From an uncultured Deinococcales bacterium (GTDB taxonomy: Bacteria > Deinococcota > Deinococci > Deinococcales > JAAFIG01): a DNA stretch of 36,505 nucleotides. Positions 1 to 8,045 of the stretch are shown here, in pieces. The notes under the pieces are model-generated. The model searched no databases and was not told where the DNA came from. It saw only the letters and a program-made list of their open reading frames with translations. The stretch spans positions 1 to 36,505 of the forward strand of contig CAXTKV010000026.1 in the NCBI GenBank assembly GCA_964244895.1, read 5' to 3'. The first letter of the stretch is position 1; every line of letters begins with the position of its first letter. The position numbers were made by a program, and so were the translations under genes.

Positions 1-330
1 CGGAATGGCCACCAGCTTGCCGTCCAGGGATTCTAACGGTGTCTTCGTGACGATCAACGGCCCCACGCCGCGCCCGAGCGCCCCGCCAGAGCGCAACGCC
101 ACGTACCGATTGCGGACGTGCGCGTAGGCGTGATAGCTGATCTTGGTCATCTCGAGGCGTCCCTCTAACGCCCAGTGGTTCAGGGTTTCGACATCCTCGA
201 GCTTTTCAGCCACGTGGAACTCGAGCGGCACGCGTTGGTGCGTCAGGGCGTAAAAAATAAACGTGTCGTTCGGACAGAACGAGTACCCGAGGCTGATGGC
301 TCGGGTTTCCGGTGCAATCGGGCTGCTCAT
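1..330 (-). CDS. mqnD: 1,4-dihydroxy-6-naphthoate synthase (futalosine menaquinone pathway), 5' part; runs off window start
   Basis: Not in the ORF track; translated by hand from ATG 330: MSSPIAPETRAISLGYSFCPNDTFIFYALTH...LEDVETLNHWALEGRLEMTKISYHAY...LRSGGALGRGVGPLIV, matching MqnD (Thermus TTHA1568-like) motifs; TAGACT -10 six nt upstream. Confidence 0.92.
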   Translation of the reverse strand, partial: MSSPIAPETRAISLGYSFCPNDTFIFYALTHQRVPLEFHVAEKLEDVETLNHWALEGRLEMTKISYHAYAHVRNRYVALRSGGALGRGVGPLIVTKTPLESLDGKLVAIP

Positions 331-543
331 GCCCGGAGTCTAGCGCCGCAGACGGGTTTTTTCGGCATCCGAAACGACGATTCGCGCGATCGCTCGGGCG
401 CTTTTGGACTCGAACAAGCCGAGGTTTCGGCTCGAGATCGCGCTCTTGAGCCGAACGTCGCGTCCCCGCGTGCGAATGCGCTCAAGAAGTGCGCCTGGAA
501 TCTCGAGGATTCGCGCGGTTCCCCGAGAAGAACATTCAAGAAC

Positions 544-583
544 ACCGTCCAGCACGCAAATTGAAAGATGCGTGCTGGACGGT
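544..583. repeat. Intergenic palindromic element, 40-bp core (perfect 21-bp stem 538-558/569-589)
   Basis: ACCGTC cagc ACG N14 CGT gctg GACGGT. Confidence 0.9.
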
Positions 584-605
584 GTTCTTTCGCGTTGATC
601 GGACT

Positions 606-1343
606 TCAGATCTTGGCGAGCGCGCGCACCAGCGTCGGCTGGGCGGAACCGCCGTCGGGTTCTTCGGACATCGCGACCGCCACGGCGTCCTTCGGGATCA
701 CCACGGCCACGCTCGAGCCGGAGAACACGCCCAACGAGATCGGATTCTTCGCGTTTTTCGAGATGTACCACGCCTGCCAGGTCTTGCCCGAAGGCGCATT
801 GCCGAGCGTGTGACCGACCAGCACGCGACCGTCCGGCGCGACCACGACGCGCCCGGCGGGTTTGCCATCGGTCGTCTGGAACGCCAGGGTTCTCGCGCCA
901 GCGGTCTGCTGGATGGCGATCGGATCGAGGTTCGGCATTCCGGCGTTGCGAACCAGCGCGACCACCGCCAGGCTGGCCGCCAGTGCCGCGCCCGCCGCGA
1001 GGATCGTCCAGCGCGGCGTGGAGCGGGGCCGTGGGCGACTCGAACCGGGCGAGGCTTTGGTCTGCGCAGCGACCACCCCAGGGCTCGGCGCAATCGCGAC
1101 GGCGACCGAATCGCGTTCCGCGCGGAAGCGCGCCATGACCTTCGATTCCAGATCGGCGGGCGGTTCGAACTGCGGGACGCCCCGCGCGAGTTTCGCGGTC
1201 GTCTCGAGCTGCGTGCGCAGTTCCGCTCGGGCTTCCGGGTCGCGCTCGAGCAACTGCTCGACCTCTCGCGCCTCGATGGAATCGAGCGCGTTCAGCGCGT
1301 ACAGGGTTATTTGGTCGCGGTGGTCATCGGTGAGCATCATCAT
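606..1343 (-). CDS. Anti-sigma factor, RskA (anti-sigma-K) family
   Basis: N-terminal anti-sigma domain LYALNALD..E..EVE, PPADL linker, one TM helix (WTILAAGAALAASLAVVALV), C-terminal WQAW..PISLGVF..SEEPDGGSAQPT; true start may be ATG 1337. Confidence 0.85.
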   Translation of the reverse strand: MMMLTDDHRDQITLYALNALDSIEAREVEQLLERDPEARAELRTQLETTAKLARGVPQFEPPADLESKVMARFRAERDSVAVAIAPSPGVVAAQTKASPGSSRPRPRSTPRWTILAAGAALAASLAVVALVRNAGMPNLDPIAIQQTAGARTLAFQTTDGKPAGRVVVAPDGRVLVGHTLGNAPSGKTWQAWYISKNAKNPISLGVFSGSSVAVVIPKDAVAVAMSEEPDGGSAQPTLVRALAKI

Positions 1344-1358
1344 CCTCTTGCCCTGGTG

Positions 1359-1385
1359 TACGTCAGAACATACCCGATTGGATGC
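1359..1385 (-). promoter_or_regulatory. Putative ECF (SigK-like) promoter of the anti-sigma gene
   Basis: Minus strand GCATCC-N16-ACGTA just upstream of the RBS; resembles the CATCC...CG(A/T)A SigK-type architecture. Confidence 0.45.
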
Positions 1386-1521
1386 GGAAATTTCAAAGGA
1401 GAGAACGTGTGACCTCGCGCTGTGACACTATTCGTCGTTCGAGTACCGCGCGCCAAGGCGGGCTGAGCCCTTGGTTTGACGAACAAACCTGCTGCAGCGC
1501 AAAACCCGCTAACATGCACCC

Positions 1522-3180
1522 ATGACCAAAAATGACTGGCTCTCGAGCGCCTACGCCGAGGCGATTGCGCGCGTCCCGGAGCGCAAATTGAGCTTCCAGA
1601 CGATGTCCGGTATCGAACCGCAAGCCGTCTACACGCGCGATGACCTCGAGGGCGAATCCGGCAGCCTCGAGACTGCCGACAAACTCAACATGCCCGGCGA
1701 GTACCCGTTCACGCGCGGTGTGCAGCACACCAGTTACCGGGGGCGCTTGTGGACGATGCGGATGTTCGCGGGGTTCGGCAGCGCGGAGCAGACCAACGAA
1801 CGCTTTCACGCGCTCCTCTCGGCGGGCCAGACCGGGTTATCCACCGCGTTCGATCTGCCAACCTTGATGGGCTACGACTCCGATCACCCGTACAGCGTCG
1901 GTGAGGTCGGCAAGTGCGGCGTGGCGGTGTCATCTCTGGCCGACATGGAAATTCTGTTCGGCGGCGTGAACCTGGAAACCGTCACGACCAGCATGACCAT
2001 TAATTCGCCCGCCAGCGCGATCTGGGCGATGTACCTGGCCAACGCACAGAAGCAGGGTTTCAAACTCGAACACCTGGGCGGCACGATCCAGAACGACATC
2101 CTCAAAGAATTCATCGCGCAAAAAGAATTCATCTTCCCGCCCGACCCGAGCGTCAAACTGGTGATCGACACCTTCGAATGGGCGCCGCGCAACACGCCCA
2201 AATGGAACTTCATCAGCGTCTCCGGCTATCACATTCGCGAGGCTGGCAGCACCAACGTTCAGGAACTCGCCTTTACCCTGGCGGACGGCTTTCACTACAT
2301 CGAGGAAGCCATCAGGCGCGGCCTGGACGTGGACGAGTTCGCGCCCAGGATCAGTTTTTTCTGGGATGTCCACAACGATTTCTTCGAGGAAATTGCGAAG
2401 TTTCGCGCCGCCCGACGGATCTACGCCCGCGAAATGCGCCACCGCTACAACGCCAAAAACCCGAAATCCTGGATGCTGCGCACGCACGCGCAGACGGCGG
2501 GCGTCAGCTTGACCGCGCAGCAACCGTTGAACAACATCGCTCGCGTCGCGATCCAGGCGCTGGCCGCCGTGCTGGGCGGCACGCAGAGCTTGCACACCGA
2601 TTCCTTCGACGAGGCCCTGGCCTTGCCCACCGAGGAAGCCGCGACCATCGCCCTCAGAACCCAGCAGATCATCGCGCACGAATCCGGCGTGGCCGACGTG
2701 ATCGACCCGCTGGCGGGATCGTACTACCTCGAGAAACTGACCGACGAGGTTGAAAGCCGCGCGATGGTCTACATCGAAAAGATTCGCGCCCTGGGCGGCG
2801 TGACCCGCGCGCTCGAGGCCGGGTTCTTCGCCTCTGAAATCGGCGATGCGAGCTATCGATTCCAGCAGGAAGTGGATCGCAAGGAACGGTTGATCGTCGG
2901 CGTGAATGCGTTCACGGACGACAAACCGCTGTCCGTGCCGATTCAACTGGTGGACAAGAACGTCGAACGCGTGCAATCCGAACGCCTCGAGCGCGTGCGG
3001 CGCGAGCGCGACCCGATCCGGCACCGCGACGCCCTCGAGCACCTGCGGCGCGCCGCGACGCTCGGACAGAACACCATGCCCGCCTTCCTCGAGTGCGCCC
3101 ACGCCTACGCCACCGTCGGCGAGCAGATGGACGTGCTGCGCGAGGTCTACGGCGTCTACGAGGAACCCGTCGCGATTTGA
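1522..3180 (+). CDS. B12-dependent acyl-CoA mutase large (substrate-binding) subunit, methylmalonyl-CoA mutase family, isobutyryl-CoA mutase-like
   Basis: [50 protein letters not shown] motifs; no C-terminal DxHxxG B12-binding domain; TAACAT -10 at 1510-1515. Confidence 0.92.
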   Translation: MTKNDWLSSAYAEAIARVPERKLSFQTMSGIEPQAVYTRDDLEGESGSLETADKLNMPGEYPFTRGVQHTSYRGRLWTMRMFAGFGSAEQTNERFHALLSAGQTGLSTAFDLPTLMGYDSDHPYSVGEVGKCGVAVSSLADMEILFGGVNLETVTTSMTINSPASAIWAMYLANAQKQGFKLEHLGGTIQNDILKEFIAQKEFIFPPDPSVKLVIDTFEWAPRNTPKWNFISVSGYHIREAGSTNVQELAFTLADGFHYIEEAIRRGLDVDEFAPRISFFWDVHNDFFEEIAKFRAARRIYAREMRHRYNAKNPKSWMLRTHAQTAGVSLTAQQPLNNIARVAIQALAAVLGGTQSLHTDSFDEALALPTEEAATIALRTQQIIAHESGVADVIDPLAGSYYLEKLTDEVESRAMVYIEKIRALGGVTRALEAGFFASEIGDASYRFQQEVDRKERLIVGVNAFTDDKPLSVPIQLVDKNVERVQSERLERVRRERDPIRHRDALEHLRRAATLGQNTMPAFLECAHAYATVGEQMDVLREVYGVYEEPVAI

Positions 3181-3195
3181 TGGATATCGCAGGAC

Positions 3196-3245
3196 ACCGT
3201 GCGGGACGGCATTCTCGCGAGATCGGGAAATGCGTCTGGGACGGT
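3196..3245. repeat. Intergenic element, 50-bp form
   Basis: ACCGTG cggg ACG N24 CGT ctgg GACGGT, followed by cttCTCGAG. Confidence 0.75.
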
Positions 3246-3297
3246 CTTCTCGAGACTGGCTTGAGGCGAGCCGCTGGCTCACATAAGATGAGGGTAG

Positions 3298-4440
3298 ATG
3301 GCACGCAAAGTCTTCGTCAGCGGTTGCTTCGACATGCTCCACAGCGGGCACATCGCGTTTTTTCAGACGGCAGCCAGATCGGGTGATCTGCATGTCGCGC
3401 TGGGTTCCGATCGGACGGTTTACAACCTCAAAGGGCGCTTGCCGGTCAACACTGAACAGGAACGCCTGTACATGGTCAAGAACGTTCAGTGCGTCTACGA
3501 CGCGTTCGTCTCGAGCGGGTCGGGGATGCTGGATTTCGAGCCGGAACTGCGGGTGATAGCGCCGGACGCGTTCGTGGTCAACGCGGACGGCAACATTCCG
3601 GCCAAAGAAGCGCTCTGCCGAGAACTGGGGATCGAGTACATGGTGCTGGAGCGCACGCCGCACGCGGAGTTGCCAGCGCGCAGCACGACTTCACTGCGCT
3701 CGCTCGATCAGATGCCGTACCGGATTGACCTGGCGGGCGGCTGGCTCGATCAGCCCTTCGTGTCCGGTGTGCATCCGGGAAGCGTGCTGACGGTCTCGCT
3801 CGAGGCCGGGATCGACTTCAACGAACGCAGCGGTATGGCCACCAGCACGAGGAACCGGGCGCTCGAACTGTGGGGGCCGAAGCTGCCGCCGGGCGACCCG
3901 CAGAAGCTGGCGTTCGTGCTTTTTTGCTACGACAACCCGCCCGGCACGACGCAGGTTTCGGGTTCTCAGGACGCCATCGGCATCGCCGTGCCGGGTCTGG
4001 CCAAATCGCACTACGATGGCGCATACTGGCCGAGTCGCATCGAACAGATCGGTGACGAACTGAGCTTGCAGTTCGTCGAACGCGCGCTGTACCTGGTGCC
4101 GCTCGATCCGAGGCGGCAGGGCTACGATCCGTTGCAGGGCACGAACATCACGCCTGATGGCGCTCGAGCACTGGCGGACGCGGCGGACGCGTGCTGGAAC
4201 GCGATCCTGGCCCGCGATATTCGGGCGTTCGGAGGGGCCTTCCAGGCGTCCTTCGAGGCGCAAGTGGCGATGTTCCCCAACATGATCACCGATGCGGTGC
4301 TCGAGGTCATCGACCGTCACCGCGATGCGGCGCTCGGCTGGAAGCTGTCCGGCGCGGGCGGTGGCGGTTACGTGATTTTCGTGGCCGAAGAACCGATCAA
4401 GAACGCCGTGCGCGTCAACGTGCGCCGCGCGATGGAGTGA
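3298..4440 (+). CDS. Cytidylyltransferase-like (HxGH) domain fused to GHMP sugar kinase domain
   Basis: GCFDMLHSGH nucleotidyltransferase motif; PYRIDLAGGWLD, SGMATS, GSQD, GWKLSGAGGGG GHMP motifs. Confidence 0.85.
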   Translation: MARKVFVSGCFDMLHSGHIAFFQTAARSGDLHVALGSDRTVYNLKGRLPVNTEQERLYMVKNVQCVYDAFVSSGSGMLDFEPELRVIAPDAFVVNADGNIPAKEALCRELGIEYMVLERTPHAELPARSTTSLRSLDQMPYRIDLAGGWLDQPFVSGVHPGSVLTVSLEAGIDFNERSGMATSTRNRALELWGPKLPPGDPQKLAFVLFCYDNPPGTTQVSGSQDAIGIAVPGLAKSHYDGAYWPSRIEQIGDELSLQFVERALYLVPLDPRRQGYDPLQGTNITPDGARALADAADACWNAILARDIRAFGGAFQASFEAQVAMFPNMITDAVLEVIDRHRDAALGWKLSGAGGGGYVIFVAEEPIKNAVRVNVRRAME

Positions 4441-4453
4441 ACACAATCGGGCT

Positions 4454-5491
4454 TCAGGATCGAGTCTTCATCTCGCACAGTACGCGTCTAACGCCCGTGA
4501 GTCTCGGCTCGAGGCGCGGCCAGGCGTCCAGTACGTGCTGTTCGATGATCTCGAGATCTCGCAAGTTCTGTTCGTCCGCGTCCGTCTCCACGATTTCGGC
4601 GGCGGACACAGCCAGATCCTCGAGGTTGCGGCGGTACATGTAAAAGCCGAACACGTCCGCGTCGAGTCTCGCGGGTGCGCCCAGCGCAGCTTCGTAGGCG
4701 GGCAGGAACGCCTCGAGCCTGGAATGGTAGAGGTGCAGGTCGTGTTCAGGTGGTGCGAGCCGCGCCGTCTCCCAGTCGAGCGCCCAGAGTTGACCGGTCG
4801 GGTCGAGCAACAGGTTCCCGCCGTGCAGGTCGGTGTGCGCCACGACCAGCGCTCGGGCTTTCGATCTGGCCAGGTCTCTGAGGGCTCGGGCGCGAGCCAG
4901 AAGCGACAGCAGTTCATCGCGCCGTGGTCGCAAAAGATCGCGCAGGGCGCGCACACCGACGGTGGCGCTCGAGCCAGGGTTCTCGAGGCGTTCCATCATC
5001 TCGAGCAGACCTGACTCGAACGGCAACCCAAAATCCTCGTCTGGGACGGGAAGCTCGAGCCCGCGCGCCTGCAACTGGTTTGCGCTCGCGTGAAGCTGCC
5101 CCAGAATCTCGGCAATCTGCGGCACGCGCTCTTCCCAGCCGACCCAGATCGTTTTGCCCTCGATGAATTGATACATCGCCAGCGGCCAACCTGAAAAGCT
5201 CGATCTGGTCAGACCGCTGAAGGTGCGTAAAACTTCTGGGACGCGCGGCAGGGCGCGCGTTTCCCGGAGCGCGATCAGCAGCCCGTGTTCGCCGTCCATC
5301 CGGGCGGCCATCTCGCGCCCCAGGATCGTGTCTGGGAAGAGTTTCAGGAAGTACCGACCGCTCGCTCCGCTCGCCCGGTACGCGTGAACGGAACCTTCGC
5401 TCAGGTACTCGAGCCGATCCAATTCGAGTCCGTAGGCGGCGCGAACCACCCTGAGCAGTTCGGTGCGATCAATCCGTGGCTCGAGCAGCAC
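4454..5491 (-). CDS. Aminoglycoside phosphotransferase / choline kinase-like protein
   Basis: YFLK, Brenner motif HTDLHGGNLL, LDWE, PPEHDL; leaderless TAGCAT-N6-GTG. Confidence 0.85.
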   Translation of the reverse strand: MLLEPRIDRTELLRVVRAAYGLELDRLEYLSEGSVHAYRASGASGRYFLKLFPDTILGREMAARMDGEHGLLIALRETRALPRVPEVLRTFSGLTRSSFSGWPLAMYQFIEGKTIWVGWEERVPQIAEILGQLHASANQLQARGLELPVPDEDFGLPFESGLLEMMERLENPGSSATVGVRALRDLLRPRRDELLSLLARARALRDLARSKARALVVAHTDLHGGNLLLDPTGQLWALDWETARLAPPEHDLHLYHSRLEAFLPAYEAALGAPARLDADVFGFYMYRRNLEDLAVSAAEIVETDADEQNLRDLEIIEQHVLDAWPRLEPRLTGVRRVLCEMKTRS

Positions 5492-5551
5492 GGGTTCATG
5501 CTAGAGCCTCGAGACACCGAGCGTCCAATGGGCGCGTGAAGACACCTTTTT

Positions 5552-5628
5552 TGGTGGGCCCGCCGGGACTTGAACCCGGAACCAACGGTTTATGAGACCG
5601 CTGCTCTAACCGATTGAGCTACAGGCCC
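5552..5628 (-). tRNA. tRNA with CAT anticodon, most likely tRNA-Ile2 (lysidine)
   Basis: GGGCCTGTAGCTCAATCGGTTAGAGCAGCGGTCTCATAAACCGTTGGTTCCGGGTTCAAGTCCCGGCGGGCCCACCA: cloverleaf, encoded CCA, C4-G69/C5-G68 pairs typical of Ile2, no initiator features. Confidence 0.92.
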
Positions 5629-5671
5629 GCGCGATGTGAATCCTCGTGCCCGTCGTTCGCGGCACACGAGG

Positions 5672-5700
5672 ATCGTAGCGGCTGTGCGCGCTCGAGGCAA
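5672..5700 (-). promoter_or_regulatory. Sigma70-type promoter of the tRNA gene
   Basis: Minus strand TTGCCT-N17-TACGAT about 45 bp upstream of the tRNA. Confidence 0.65.
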
Positions 5701-5727
5701 GTTGCCTTGCGATGAGTTCGCGTAAAC

Positions 5728-5767
5728 ACCGTCCAGCACGCGAATTGCTTGTCGCGTCCAGGACGGT
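5728..5767. repeat. Intergenic element, 40-bp form
   Basis: ACCGTC cagc ACG N14 CGT ccag GACGGT gttCTCGAG. Confidence 0.9.
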
Positions 5768-6039
5768 GTTCTCGAGCACTCGACACGTTCGCCCCGGTTC
5801 AGTTTGCGGAACTCGAGTTCCGAAACGCGCACTGAAGAACGTCTGAGATGCGGAATCAGCATCGTTACCGGCGCGTTACCGGAACTTGCAGAGACTCATT
5901 TCAAGATCCCAGCCGAAAAAAACAGTAGCGGGGGATTGCAAAGAAAGGAGACAGAAGTACCGCAGGCAGGACGGGACGCCGGGGAAGCGCAGCACCCATC
6001 GCTCGCACGGAGGGAACGCCCCTCAAAAGGAGTTCAACC

Positions 6040-6852
6040 ATGAACCTCAAACTCGCACTGATCGGACTTCCAGTCGCCGCCCTGACGCTCGCCCTGACCG
6101 CGACCGTCGACGCCCAACCGCGCGCCGTGGTCGTCAGCGCCGCCTGCGATGTCAGTTACGCGGTGGACAGCTTCAAGCGTTACCTCGGGCCGACCCGGTA
6201 CACGACCGCCGCCAACTGGTCGGGCTACCAGAGCGCGGGCTGGCAAGCCCCCAAAGGCTACCGTCAGATCACCTGGGACGGCGTGCCGAAGGAAGTGCTG
6301 GATTACGATTACATCCCGAACGACTGGTTCAACACGCGCTCGCCGCAGGGCCTGTACTACAGCACGCCGGGGCGAGGCTTCCGCGTCTCGAGCGACAGCT
6401 ACAGCTCCCTCAACCCGAATTACAAGAACTACTGGAAGCCCTACAGCGCCAACGACCTGTTCTCGCCGATCGGTTCGAACGTGCTGGACGTGAACTTCGA
6501 GCTTCCGGGCTCCAAGGGCGAGCGCGCCTGGACTCACGGCTTCGGCGCGGTCTTCGAGGACGTGGACAAGTCCAACACCACCCGGATGGAGTTCTTCGAC
6601 GACAAGGGCTACAGCCTGGGCACGTGGTACGCACAGCCCTGCGATTATGGCCACAGCTTCTTAGGGGTTTACTTCGAGGGTGCGTGGGTCACGAAGGTTC
6701 GCATCTGGCTGGGCGACAAGCCGATCGACGCCTACACCAACGAGGATTCGTACACCGATCTGGTCGTGCTGGACGACTTCGTGTACGACGAACCGTGGAA
6801 GTACGGCTACACCGGCGGCGCTTACGGCGGCTCGAGCGCGCCGAAGTACTGA
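6040..6852 (+). CDS. Secreted Tyr/Trp-rich hypothetical protein
   Basis: AAGGAG RBS, signal peptide ending VDA-Q, strong GC3 codon bias; RQITWDGVP...FSPIGSN...GFGAVFEDVD resembles a domain I associate with surface (PEP-CTERM-type) proteins. Confidence 0.8.
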   Translation: MNLKLALIGLPVAALTLALTATVDAQPRAVVVSAACDVSYAVDSFKRYLGPTRYTTAANWSGYQSAGWQAPKGYRQITWDGVPKEVLDYDYIPNDWFNTRSPQGLYYSTPGRGFRVSSDSYSSLNPNYKNYWKPYSANDLFSPIGSNVLDVNFELPGSKGERAWTHGFGAVFEDVDKSNTTRMEFFDDKGYSLGTWYAQPCDYGHSFLGVYFEGAWVTKVRIWLGDKPIDAYTNEDSYTDLVVLDDFVYDEPWKYGYTGGAYGGSSAPKY

Positions 6853-6957
6853 TTGCGGGTTGAACTCGTCTCCCGCGAGGATTTCACGATCCTCGCGGGT
6901 CTTCATCAAAGAGGTGACACAATGGAGGGTGCGATTCAAACGAATGAGAGGTGGGAA

Positions 6958-7539
6958 ATGACGAAAATCTGGATGGTTATGGCGGCGACCCTGGTCGGGC
7001 TGATCGCAATGCAATTCCCGGTCGCTGCGCGGCAGGCGGCTCCCGGTGCGAGCTACGTAGCGCTGACGCAGAACCCGCAAGCGTTCGTGGCGCTGGTGAC
7101 ATCCGGCGATAAGGTGCTGGCGTACCTCTGCGACGGGCAAAAGATCGCCGAATGGTTCCGGGGACGCGTCGAAAACGGACGGGTCAGCATGGCGTCCACG
7201 GGCGGCGCATCCAGGCTCGAGGCGACGTTCGCGTCCGGCGTCTGGGACGGCGCGGTCTCGCTCGAGGGCGATCGGCGCTGGGCGTTTCGCACTTCCGGGG
7301 CGAGGGCGCCCGCCGGGTTGTACCGTTCGGATGACGTGGTCAACGGCGCGCGTTACCTGGGCGGCTGGATCGTGCTGGACAACGGCGAGCAGCGCGGTGC
7401 GGTCATCGGGGACGGCTCGACCCGACCCGGTGCGAGGCTGAACGTGAGCGTTGCGAAGCCCAGTACCAGTCTGGCCAACGTCGGATCGCTGCTGCCTTTC
7501 CTGGTCACGCCAGATTTTGTGGACAGCGTGGTGCAGTGA
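6958..7539 (+). CDS. Secreted hypothetical protein
   Basis: GAGAGG RBS before ATG 6958 (ORF track start 6853 is likely too long); signal peptide MTKIWMVMAATLVGLIAMQFPVAA; AYLCDG...EWFRG, GLYR, GGWIVL..GEQRG motifs. Confidence 0.7.
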   Translation: MTKIWMVMAATLVGLIAMQFPVAARQAAPGASYVALTQNPQAFVALVTSGDKVLAYLCDGQKIAEWFRGRVENGRVSMASTGGASRLEATFASGVWDGAVSLEGDRRWAFRTSGARAPAGLYRSDDVVNGARYLGGWIVLDNGEQRGAVIGDGSTRPGARLNVSVAKPSTSLANVGSLLPFLVTPDFVDSVVQ

Positions 7540-7616
7540 ATCGCGTCGCGCAGTGAGTTCACGAGGGTTCTCGAGGGAGCAACCGCATTTCGCGGTTGCT
7601 CTTTTCGTGTCCAACT

Positions 7617-7676
7617 TCGATCCTCGCGCCTGAATTCCTCGATCTTGAATTCTACGCGCCTATATTCCTCGCGCCT
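7617..7676. repeat. Degenerate 15-bp tandem repeat x4 (consensus GAATTCCTCGCGCCT)
   Basis: tcgatcctcgcgcct gaattcctcgatctt gaattctacgcgcct atattcctcgcgcct. Confidence 0.7.
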
Positions 7677-7778
7677 CACGCGGAATCCTCGGGATTGCCA
7701 GGTTCTTGAACGCTCGATGTTTCCCGCCTTGAGCTTTAATGCCGCCAACGAATCGTCGCGCCGAGCAGGTTGCAGAAA

Positions 7779-7828
7779 ACCGTCCAGAACGGTGTTCTTG
7801 GTTCCTCGAGACCTGCGTCCTGAACGGT
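7779..7828. repeat. Intergenic element, 50-bp form
   Basis: ACCGTC caga ACG N24 (contains CTCGAG) CGT cctg AACGGT; left arm is itself ACCGT-N5-ACGGT. Confidence 0.75.
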
Positions 7829-8045
7829 CCTTTCTGGCGTCAACCTCAGATCTGTCCAATTCGTTACCGCCTTCAATTTGCCCGGTGTCCAAAAAAGAGC
7901 GTACAAACGGCGGCGGACGCGCCATTTTCTGGTCTAAAGATCCTCGCCCGCGTGCGCGACATTCAAAAACCCCGTATCCTGTGGTCTCGAGACACCACAG
8001 TGGCGCCCGACCGTGCACTTCGCGGCGCACCGCGCAAGGAGCCAG

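Noticed and set aside
426..455. Hairpin TTCGGCTCGAGA-N6-TCTTGAGCCGAA as an ncRNA
   Set aside because: A single isolated stem with no further structure; at most a terminator or stabiliser for the anti-sigma transcript.
175..598. Short ORFs 175..564, 327..545, 404..598 and similar ORFs containing NTVQHA / CVLDGV / WTVF peptides
   Set aside because: They are translations of the palindromic element or shadows of mqnD; no family motifs or start signals.
1930..3663. Long antisense ORFs (1930..3663, 8103..9353, 9999..11111, 19614..20999, 29982..31376 and others)
   Set aside because: Antisense or alternate-frame shadows of well-supported genes, as expected in GC-rich DNA.
3180..5560. Genomic island integrated at the tRNA 3' end
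   Set aside because: No integrase, no duplicated tRNA 3' end seen, and the genes carry the host CTCGAG and leaderless signatures.
5890..6035. c-di-GMP-I or other riboswitch in the purine-rich leader
   Set aside because: GGGACGC is present but the GCAAA/GAAA elements are not arranged as required; a covariance search would be needed.
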